Source: Bugula neritina
Lineage: Eukaryota > Animalia > Bryozoa
Direction: 5' to 3'
NCBI GenBank assembly: GCA_964035545.1
Contig: CAXIUT010000071.1
Coordinates: 1-22,730, forward strand
Length of the DNA: 22,730 nt
The position numbers and the translations under genes were made by a program. Position 1 is the stretch's first letter; each line of letters opens with the position of its first letter. Positions 1 to 9,787 of this stretch are shown piece after piece. Below the pieces are notes generated by a model, which ran no database searches, was not told where the DNA came from, and worked only from the letters and a program-made list of their open reading frames with translations.

Positions 1-93
1 CCCAACCCCAACCCCAACCCCAACCCCAACCCCAACCCCAACCCCAACCCCAACCCCAACCCCAACCCCAACCCCAACCCCAACCCCAACCCC
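1..93 (+). repeat. Left telomere, (CCCCAA)n
   Basis: Perfect C4A2 repeats at the window start. This is the Tetrahymena-type ciliate telomeric repeat. Confidence 0.98.
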
Positions 94-188
94 TTAGATA
101 TTAATACAAAATAAAAGATAATATATTGGATTCTTTATATTTTATATTGATAGACGTTTTATTCGTTTCAATATGTTATATTTTTACT

Positions 189-1079
189 ATGCCACCTAAA
201 AAAACAGAACCACCCAAATAATAACCTGTAAAAGGCAATCAAGGTAAAGGTACTCTTCTACTCATGCAGGAGATCCTAAAGGACTCAATAAAAAGGAACA
301 ACCTGCCAAAAATGAAAAAGATAGTAACTTTTTATCTAAGTAGATGGTAAAAATGGTGGAAAAGGAGTCGATAAATCGATCGATAAGAAAGGAGGTAAAG
401 ATGCTGGCAAGTCACTTGATAAGAAAGACGCAGTAAAAGGAGGAGATAAAAAAGATGGAAAGGATGCTGGTAAAAAAGATGGGAAAGATGCAGGTAAAAA
501 GGACAAAAATGAGCCTTCTAAAGGAGATAAAAAAGATAATAAAAAAGATCTTTAAAGAAGCAAATCAGCAGGAAAGCTAGATCCTAAGAAAGATGCTAAA
601 GGAAAACCAGTATAAGAAAAAAGTCCAAAGGGAGGTAAAAAACTAGACTTAAAGGAGGATAAAAGTGCAAAAAATCTTAAAAGTATTGAAAAGGATGGTA
701 AAAACAAATAGTTGAGAGATTCTAAGAGTAAAGATCAAAGCAAAGGAAATGATAATAAAGGTAAAAAAGACGATAAAAATGATAAAAAAGGTACCAAAAT
801 AATAAGATAGGAAAAAACCAGAAACCTGAACCATCTAAACCAAAGAAAGAAGAAGATATTATCAAAGACAGTGGACTTCTTGAGGCATATGAGTTATTTT
901 TAAGAGCAGTTTGTAAGCATGGACTTCCTGATGGAAATGTCTATGAGTTTGCTGCTCAGCAGATCTAGAAATATGAGAGGAAGAAAAGAGCGATCGAGCT
1001 GAAGGCTAAGGCAGAGCAATAGATTGAAAGAGCAGCTAGAAAGAGAGAATAAAGGATGCATTCGATATAAAATGACTGA
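189..1079 (+). CDS. Lys/Asp/Gly-rich low-complexity protein (276 aa) with a short helical C-terminal domain; introns 250-269, 324-343, 791-810
   Basis: Open from ATG to TGA with TAR=Glu after removing three 20-nt GT-AG introns. Contains KKDGKDAG repeats. The C-terminal SGLLEAYELFLRAVCKHGLPDGNVYEFAAQQI loosely recalls RIIa/Dpy-30-type docking helices (inference). Confidence 0.8.
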
Positions 1080-1201
1080 TATTGATGATTTACTTAAGGC
1101 TACTTCCTTTGAGCCATAAATTTACTTAATCTTATGAAATAAATATATAGGATATTCGGGTAATCATCTGCTAGATATATATTTTGATATTATTTTATTA
1201 G

Positions 1202-1813
1202 ATGGTTGAGAAGTTGAGTAGTTTCGGGGAGGCATTTGTTTCATATGGTAGTTACCACTATGACACAGTGTAAAATATATTTTATTTAGTAACAAGTGGA
1301 TTCATATCTTTTGTGTTCCAATTATAGCTGCTACATTGATTAGTGGTGCAAGTTATATTCCTGTTTCTTATGAGTTTCAAGGTTATAGGATAGGAGTCGA
1401 TGTAGTTTTGATGTCAGTTGTTCTATTTTACTACTTTTCTATCAACTTTGCTTTTGGCGTATTTTCTTGATAAGTTAGATGGGGATGTTGGTATTGTTAT
1501 TGTTGGGTATTGCTGGATGGCAGACTGCTTTTCAGGGAATGTAAGAAGGACTGTTCTTGAAATGGGTGTTGGGTATTCATATTTTAAGTTGGGTTTTTCA
1601 ATTCATTGGTCATGGAGTTTTCTAAAGTATTAATTTAAAGATTTAGAACGAAAACCTGCTTTAATGGATAATTTGACACAGATCATGAATGCGCCTTTGT
1701 TTGTGGTGGTGGAATTGATGATGATGGCTGGGTATCGGACGAATTAGACTGATGAGTGGATGAAACTTATTACCAAAAGGGTTATGCAGTTTAGAGAGGG
1801 AAAAGTCAAGTGA
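1202..1813 (+). CDS. MPO1: Mpo1-like / DUF962 membrane protein (2-hydroxy fatty acid dioxygenase family), 183 aa; introns 1270-1289, 1459-1478, 1627-1646
   Basis: Family motifs YGSYHYDTVNKWIHIFCVP and [23 protein letters not shown] (the E is TAA 1623-1625), plus hydrophobic segments. Confidence 0.88.
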
Positions 1814-1973
1814 TTGATTCATCTTTTGTTCAAATATACTTACTATAAAAAGAATGAAAGTATTATGAAATGATTTAAAAAGATATTTTCAAATATTAGA
1901 GTTAATATGATAAAAAGATAATTGAAAGATCGGTTTAGATGATCATTTTTTGTTTAAAAGTGGTTGTTTCAGT

Positions 1974-2684
1974 TCATTTTATTCTTTTAATTTACTTTAA
2001 GAGATTACTTTTTATTTATGAGATATAAATAGTGCAAAAATGAATGTAAAAAGTTCTTATCATTATTTTTACTAAGTGATTACTTTATTTTCTTTTCTTA
2101 TTTTATATATTTTTATTGTTTATTTTATATTTTTTCAAATTAGATTGATCATGTTATATTTTTACATCTTAATTTTATTGTTTATTTTTAGATTATTGCA
2201 TTTATTTCCTTACTCTAGTTTTTCGTTGATTTGATAGTAGTTTATTGAAACATTCTTCAAGATTTTACTTGGAACAAACTTCGTTATCTTTGTAGAATTC
2301 TATTTGCTTTTTAAATGAGTATTTTATAAAACTTTCCTCTTACCAAAAAGTCTAACAAGTCTTATTATACAGTTAATATGCTCGATCTGGATTCTACGAC
2401 CACTGCTTGTACATGAAAAATGCATCGTTATGACTATTTTTCAAGTCATACAAAACTTTTTGAAATATTGTTAAGTTATTTAGTTCATCTTCTAATAATA
2501 CTATAAATTGAAATGATAATTATTGGCTATTTAGAAGTTATTTTTATATATAATTTTATTCTTTACCTGATTATTCTTTTTGGGAGGAATAACTTTTGTT
2601 ATTTGTAGTATATTGACTTTGATTTAAATTTTATTGTATTGATTTATTTTAAGTAGCAAAAAGATTAACAATATTTTATTCCAA
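1974..2684 (-). CDS. Hypothetical protein, apparent paralog of the upstream gene; start uncertain (TTG at 2684, first ATG only at 2414)
   Basis: TGA-free frame from 2741 to the stop at 1974-1976. The motif FQKVLYDL..FMYKQWSENPDRAYELY is shared with gene 2742-3230. Confidence 0.6.
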
Positions 2685-2741
2685 TGAATTAAGTTAAAGG
2701 TAATATTTATTTTAGATAATTAAAATAATAATAGAGGGATA

Positions 2742-3230
2742 TCATTATTTGTCAATAAGTTTTTGGTAACTATAATCGGCTAATTCAATTGAAGATGGTT
2801 TTTATTATTTTTTATTAAACCCGAAACAATTCTTTATCTTTTCCAGAAAACTTGGACCTTATTTTATTTTAGTATTTTTTGATTTGTTTTTCTTCTTGAT
2901 TACTTTTGACTCCTTTTAAGGTGACTTATCTTTTTTTTAATTTAATAAACTTAATGTCCTTTTTTATTTCCTCCAAAATGATATCAGAACCATTTAAAAA
3001 TAGCATACATGTTTTTAAATTGTACGATCATATTTTTCCTCACCTAGTTTTCTTTTTTACTCTTAAAATTGTTGTAAAACTCCTAACTGATTTACGAAAT
3101 CCATCATATCGTACAGTTTTCTAGTTCTAACTTTATTTTATTTCCAAAGTTTAAACATAAAGTTGTGACGATTACTTCCTTATTAGGCTAAATCTAGCAT
3201 GAACATTTTGAATTCTGATATACTGGCCAT
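2742..3230 (-). CDS. Hypothetical protein, 162 aa
   Basis: Intronless ATG-TGA ORF with TAR=Glu: MASISEFKMFMLDLAEEGSNRHNFMFKLWKENKVRTRKLY...YQKLIDKE*. Confidence 0.7.
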
Positions 3231-3283
3231 TCAATAAATATTATATTGATGATTTCTAAACTATTTATAAATAATCATTTTAA

Positions 3284-4121
3284 TCATTTTATTGTTATTT
3301 CCTAACGATCTGTTTACACTTTTTTAGTATTATTTGAATATTTTTTTTTTATTTATTTCATTTATACTGATGCTTTTTAATTTTTTTAAAATGTTTGAAT
3401 ATTATCTTAATTATCTGAAGTATCAGTTTATTTAGATTTCCTGAAACAGAAAGAACAACTTTAACAACAGGAAAAAACCCAGCAACAAGTTATTACCAAA
3501 CAACAATATCCTATTTCCTTGAAATCATAGTATATTTCAACAAAATACTCACAACAATTCTTCCTTCGACAACATTAAATAATAATCATTATAACTGCAA
3601 CTGCCAAAAGAGAAATAGATATTATATTTTCAATATTTTTAAGCTATTAGTCAGTCTGAAGTGTTTGGACTATCTTTGTAAGGGCTGCTAAAAGGATCAT
3701 CACGATAGGAATAATTTTAAATAAAAAGGCGCATCGATTCCCTATTTTTGTTTGGTTTTTAAGATATTTCGTGTATTTCAAAATTTTTTATCTTTGCAAT
3801 GTTTCATTCTACAGTTGTTTATCTTCTAACACTTACTACCCGATTAAATGATATTAAAATTTCAAACATTGCTTTAGATCGATTGATATTAGTTTCTTTC
3901 AAATTAATTCCATTGAGAATATAAATAATTTTCTTTTGATTCGACAAAGTCATTTCCTTGAAAGAATGTAATATGTCATCAGGTTTATAGCTTTAAACTA
4001 AACTAACTAATTCGTAATGGTTTCTTATTGACATCAATAGTGTCTAGGAAATTTGATTTCTAATTTTCTATTTTTATGGAATGGTTGGAAGTAAACGTTA
4101 TCCCGATTCTGGCTACATCAT
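3284..4121 (-). CDS. Hypothetical membrane protein (about 278 aa) with two hydrophobic helices and a Cys-rich segment; needs a +1 frame correction near 3839-3841
   Basis: MMEPESGERLLPTIP...MFEILISFNR / EEVLEDK...AFLFKIIPIVMILLAAL...IISISLLAVAVIMIIIECCRRKNCCE...CCLVITCCWVFSCCESCSFC...EITIK*. Confidence 0.65.
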
Positions 4122-4287
4122 TGTTGATAGTTGATATCTATTATAAATATTTTTATAACCTCAATTCAATCAAATAAAAAATATTTCTAAGAAAAGTAAA
4201 TTTAGGAGTATGATTTTGAAGTAAAGATATTATTGTAAATGCTTCTGATATTTTAAATATATTTAAAATCATATTTAATCAATAGAC

Positions 4288-6089
4288 ATGAAAGCTCCTG
4301 TGATGGTCATGAACACCAACTCCAAAAGATAAACCGGAAGAAAAGCACAAATAGCTAACATCCAAGCTGCAAAGGTAACTTTCCTTACCTGAAGACACTC
4401 CCTGTCTTCTCTCTTTCCTATCTTCATCATTTATTCAGGCTGTTGCTGATATTGTTACCTCCACTCTCGGCCCACAATCTATGCTCAAAATGCTTCTAGA
4501 TCCAATGGGAGGTATTGTAATGACTAATGACGGGTACTTTTGCTTTGATTTAGAAATGCCATATTGCGATAGATTGACGTTCAACATCCAGCTGCTAAGA
4601 GTGTGATTGAGTTGGCTCGTGTGCAAGATGAGGAAGTTGGAGATGGAACTACTTCTGTTATCATTGTGACTGGATAGCTTATGTTGGCTGCCCGCCCTTT
4701 TATGGAAATGAATATTCACCCCACTATTGTTGTTAGTGCTTACTACAAAGCTCTTGATTTTGCTAAAAATATCCTCAATAGCATTGCTAAACCTATCGAT
4801 ACAAACAAGGATGAGGAAGTCCTAATGGCTCTTCAAAGTTGTATTGGAACTAAGTTTGCCAGTAGATGGGGAAAGATGATTTCTAACTTGACTATCAAAG
4901 CTACTAAAACTATCATAAGAGAAGGAACTAAGAACAAACTTAACCTTGAAATCAAGAGATATGCTAGAATTGAAAAGATTCCAGGAGGAACTTTGGATGA
5001 CAGTTAGGTATTGGATGGAGTCATGGTAAATAAAGATATTACTCACCCTAGAATGAGAAGACAAATTAGAAACCCAAGAATCATCTTGTTAGATTGTCCT
5101 TTGGAATACAAGAAGGGAGAGAGTCAAACTAATATGGAATTGAAAAACTAGAATGCTATGTGTGAAGCTTTAGAACAAGAACAACAGGAAATTGCTTTTA
5201 TGTGCAATGATATTCTCAAGTGGAAGCCTGATATCGTTATTACTGAGAAAGGTGTTTCCGATTTGGCTCAACATTTCTTGCTTAAAGGAAACGTTTCATG
5301 CATTAGAAGAATCAGAAAGACTGATAACGTCAGAATCGCTAGAGTTTCTGGAGCTAAAATTGTCAATAGAGCTGAAGAAATCCAAGAATCAGATGTTGGA
5401 ACAGAATGTGGTCTTTTCGATATCAGAAAGATCGGAGATGACTACTTTTCTTTCTTTGTAGAGTGCAAGGCTCCCACTGCTTGTTCTATTTTGTTGAGAG
5501 GAGCATCAAAGGATGTCCTTAATGAGATGGAAAGAAACCTTCATGATTGTCTTGGAGTATCGAAGAATCTTTATACTGATGCTAGACTCGTTCCTGGAGG
5601 AGGAGCTGCTGAGATGGAGATTTCTGCTCGCATGAATGAAGAAGCTAACAAATACGAAGGAATTGAACAACTGCCATTCAGAGCTGGTATTTATTTAATA
5701 ACATAGTGGGATATGCTTTGGAAGTTATTCCTAAGACTTTGGCTACTAACTGCGGTATGGATGTTGTGAGAATTATCACTGAATTGAGAGCTAAGCATGC
5801 AGAAACTGGAAATGCTTCTTTCGGTATTGATGGAAACAACAAGAAGATTAGTGATATGACTGACGTTAATGTTTGGGAGCCAATAGCTGTGAAAAATCAG
5901 ATCATTAAGACTTCTGTTGAGGCTAGTTGCCTTCTTTTGAGGATTGATGACGTTGTTTCTGGAGTTAAGAGAAAGGAGAAAGAACAGAAGCCTGGTCCTT
6001 CTATGGGAGGTATGGGAGGAATGCCTGGAGGTATGGGAGGCATGGCTCCAGAAGCAATGGAAACATTTGGTGATGCAAGAGATGGATGA
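4288..6089 (+). CDS. CCT3: T-complex protein 1 subunit gamma (CCT/TRiC chaperonin), 565 aa; introns 4375-4438 (64 nt), 4534-4553, 5687-5706
   Basis: Motifs TLGPQSMLKMLLDPMGGIVMTNDGNAILRE, QDEEVGDGTTSV, YARIEKIPGG, LEYKKGESQT, ITEKGVSDLAQHFL and LLLRIDDVVSG are diagnostic of CCT gamma. Confidence 0.98.
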
Positions 6090-6203
6090 TCGTGTTACAT
6101 CAATAAATATTAAACTCATTATAGAATGTTACTAGATAATTAGTATCAATAATCTTTACAAAAGTGAAATATAATTTATTGACTACAGATAATCGAAATA
6201 ATT

Positions 6204-7227
6204 ATGAGTCGAGAAATTATTGAAGAGTAAGAACGATAAGAACGAAAAAAGAATAGACAATCATAATAAAAAACACGCAATCAAACAACTAGTAAAAAAT
6301 AAAGAGAAAATCCTTCTTAAAGAAGACCAAGACCTGAATACTAGGAATAACCATCTCATTCTTCCAGAAGATCAAGACATCAAGAATAATAACCATCCCT
6401 TTTTCAAAGAAGACCAAGACCCGAACACTAGTAGTCATCTCATTCTTCGAGAAGAGCTAGACCTGAGAAGCGATCTCCATCTCTATCTTAAAAAATGTAC
6501 ACTAATCGATATAAAGTTTATTAATGTAAAATAAAAAGCAACGATAGATGAAAAATAGAAATTACAGTAAAGCTGAGCATTATGAAAACAAAATAAAAAG
6601 AGCCAAATCAGATTTAGCTAGTAGGAGAATCAACAAGTTGGTTTAAAACCAGAAGTATTAAAGAAGGGCTTTAAGTTATTCTTATAAGAACACTTTGTAG
6701 CAGATTCAATAGGCTTGGAATAATTATTTTTTTTAGTTAAATCAAAAGTAGGCTTAGATTTTTGAGGAATTTGAGAAAGAACAAAAAAGAGAAGTTATCA
6801 AGGTAGAAAAAAAAGTAAGAAAACGTTGTAAATCTTTGCCTGCTTCTACTAGATAGATATAGAGTTTGAAAGAGAAAGAGTATTTTTTGAGGAAGAAAGG
6901 AGATTTCAAGCATTTGAGGTATGTTAAAAATCAATTGGCCTAGACAGTATATATTTTATGAGATAGGTGTTGAAAGAGAGAAGAAAGAGAGCTAAAATAA
7001 TCCAGGAATATACATATTTATAGTAAGAAAGAATAAACGTAGCTGCATCTAAGAAATATAGTGCTTTGGTGAGCAAATTAGACTAGTTCAGGAAAGATAA
7101 GGAGAGGACATATTTGCGATAGGAGAAGAAGTTGAGACAAAAATACAAGAACGCAATGCAGAAGTTGAAACATGACCAGACGATGGAATATTAGAGTGTG
7201 AAAATCAGAATGACTATTCAGTATTGA
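6204..7227 (+). CDS. Hypothetical coiled-coil protein (327 aa) with N-terminal RRPRPE..EPSHSS repeats; introns 6497-6516, 6947-6966
   Basis: Open from ATG to TGA only after removing two 20-nt introns. E/K/R-rich helical composition. Confidence 0.75.
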
Positions 7228-7274
7228 CTATATTGACTTGATTTTTATTTTAGAGGAGAATAATATATACTAGT

Positions 7275-8111
7275 ATGAATCCGGAATAAAAAATAGAGGC
7301 AATTATTGGTCGCAAAGTCTACAGCGGAAAGGTTCTATATCTTACCAAATGGCAAGGTTATCCTGAAGAAGAGGCTACTTGGGAGTCTGTCAAATTACTT
7401 AAGGAATACAAACATCTCATCAGACACTATAATCTGCAAAATAGAAATCAAATGAACAAATAAGAAGAAGATAATGAATAAGGGTAGTCTAATATGCTAG
7501 AACTTCAGAAACATGAGTCCTCTATGGTTGGCTAGGAAGAACTTAGTCAAGCAATTTTGCCGGCAAAAATTTAAAAATAAAGAAAAGACCCCCTAGAATA
7601 GGTCCAAACTGTGAAGAAAACAAGAGACTTACAGGTTGTGAGAAGAAGAGGTCGTCCTCCAAAGAGAAAATTATTCTAAAATTAGGAAGTACCCCGCCCA
7701 ATCAAGACAGAAGAGAATGTAATTGAATACAAAAACTTCTAAAATGATGTTTCTAAGTACATTCTACCACTTGTCCCTGATCAGTTCAACATTGTGAAGA
7801 AAGAAGAGGTGATAAATGATATGGGCAAAGTCAATCTGGGAAATTAGGACGAGATGATGGGAAATAAGGACGAGGTGATGGGAAATAAGGATGAGATGAA
7901 TCTAAATATAAAGGTAGAAGACGGGGAGAGCAATTTGGTCAAAATATTTTATGCTGATAAGAATGAGAAAGGAATTCTTGAATATACTATTGAGGAGAAG
8001 GGAGGGCATTTGAAGAAGCTACCATCAGAGGAGATATTTTCATTGTACCCTAGGAGTTTGGTGAGTTTCTTGGAGAGCAAATATTTCCCCAGAAAAGACA
8101 CTTTCCGTTGA
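7275..8111 (+). CDS. HP1-like protein (278 aa): N-terminal chromodomain, AT-hook, chromoshadow-like C-terminus
   Basis: Chromodomain IEAIIGRKVYSGKVLYLTKWQGYPEEEATWES; AT-hook RRRGRPPKRK at 7641-7670; C-terminal LPSEEIFSLYPRSLVSFLESK resembles the end of the HP1 chromoshadow domain. Confidence 0.85.
7839..7898 (+). repeat. Coding 21-nt tandem repeat, about 3 copies (GN[E/K]DE[M/V]M)
   Basis: ggaaattaggacgagatgatg / ggaaataaggacgaggtgatg / ggaaataaggatgagatg. Confidence 0.85.
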
Positions 8112-8135
8112 TTTTATCAGATATTGAATCATTTA

Positions 8136-9749
8136 TCAATCATATCTAATTTATAATCTTGATTTGATAATTGTATAGGGGTTGGGGTTGGGGTTGGGGT
8201 TGGGGTTGGGGTTGGGGTTGGGGTTGGGGTTGGGGTTGGGGTTGGGGTTGGGAGGGTAATATTAGGTTTATAGTCTCATTTTATTTGAAGTTTTTTTCGA
8301 AAGACTTGTATTTGGGGTATGTTTTTTTATCTCGAAGTATTGATTGTTGATTGTTTATAGAAGATTATGAGGTTTATTTGTATTTTTTGGTTTTATTTTG
8401 ATGGTTTGTGATAGTTTTAGTTTTTATTTTGAATATTTTTTTTAATATAAAAAGTGTGTTTATTATGGTAGAATTGTTTATGTTTTTAATTTATTTTTAA
8501 TTATTTTATTCTTTTTGTTTTTACTATTTGATCTCTTTCTCTTTTTTCCTTTCTTTTTAGGTTTACTTTTAGAAAAAGAACGATTGTTGATATCATAGCT
8601 ACAATCTTCTGAAAGACTAGTTTCAATGGACTATTTAAGTTTGATTTAGGTAGATTTAGTATTAAGAGTATGAAGAATGACAGTTAGAGTTATTTTTTTG
8701 GAAGATGCTATTTTGAATGGGAATTGATTTTAATACTATTTGATGAGAGTTGATGTTTCTTAGCAGATAGGTAGATATTTTTTAATAATATAAATGCTAA
8801 GTACAACATTAATTAGTATACTTTTTTAATCTATATTTTTATTACTTTATTTTTGTATATTGTAGATTTGGTTTAGTTGATGGAATGTTAAAGTATTAAT
8901 TATTTTTATTTGATTCATTTGATCTGTTTTGTTGTTTTTATTTTATTCTTCAAAAAGATTCAATTTTAGTTATGAAAGCTATCTGAAGGATATTATCTTA
9001 GACCTTTATTTGTTTTGTTTATTTGATATTTGGCTTTGATTTTGGAGCATTTCAGTGATTAATTTTTAAATTACTGACTTTTTAATAGATAGAATATTCT
9101 TTTTATTATTAAAATGCTATCTTAATTAGCAAAGTGTTATCAATTAGTCTAATTATGATTTTTACTCATTACTCACACCTTTTATTTGATTTTATCTGTT
9201 TTGAAAAGAGTAAAGAGAACGAACTAAGTCAAATATTTTTAAAACTGAAGCTAAACTGACCTAAATAGCATGAATTGATAGACTGACAGTACTGAGATAA
9301 TGATAGAATTTAACTAATTGAAACTACCAGTTCCACAAAGAGTTAAATATAGTGCCTTTCATTGTTTACTATTCTTCTGCATCCATGAAGCCTAGTTTGA
9401 TTTTTTATTATTCAATCTAATTGACTATTATGTTGACAGCTGAAAGTAATATTTAACTTGCCAGTTCTTCTTTCTTATTCTTTACTTGAATTAATGCTTT
9501 GTTATACAATATCTTTAGTTAGTTTTTCTTTATATTTCTTTTTACTACTGGATTATCTTGATGAAGAGAAGTGAGCTGTTTATGGAGATGGCTGATAGCT
9601 TCTTGCAGAGATAGGAGTTAGTTGTACTTTTGTTGGGTGAATAGACTATGGGCTCTTCTTTAGGCTTATCTGATTCGTTTGGGTATGTCAGCTGGATATT
9701 ATAGGAGGTACTTACAGGGAGAGGATTCGTAGTAGTGTAGTTATTGCAT
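8136..9749 (-). CDS. Hypothetical protein (537 aa as written) with a basic NLS-like segment; its frame runs through the internal telomeric tract
   Basis: TGA-free frame from ATG 9749 to TGA 8136-8138, ending ...SKPKKKGKKRKRS...MRLETEYYPP(NP)12YTIIKSRLEIRYD*. The 3' end is less certain because an out-of-frame TGA lies at 8276-8278. Confidence 0.65.
8178..8252 (+). repeat. Internal telomeric tract GGG(GTTGGG)12
   Basis: Perfect G4T2 repeats in the same orientation as the right telomere, with no adjoining C4A2 tract. Confidence 0.97.
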
Positions 9750-9787
9750 TCGAAGAAAGGTATAATTATAAAGAATAAAGAAAAATA

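Noticed and set aside
2742-2744. General UGA-to-Trp/Cys or context-dependent stop code
   Set aside because: Conserved Trp and Cys positions use TGG and TGY, and no conserved gene here has an internal TGA.
7845-7847. TAG aligned with AAG in the 21-nt repeat, suggesting TAG=Lys or a split UAA/UAG code
   Set aside because: It is a single substitution in a low-complexity repeat. Conserved sites in CCT3, CDC14, Mpo1 and MORN indicate Glu for both codons.
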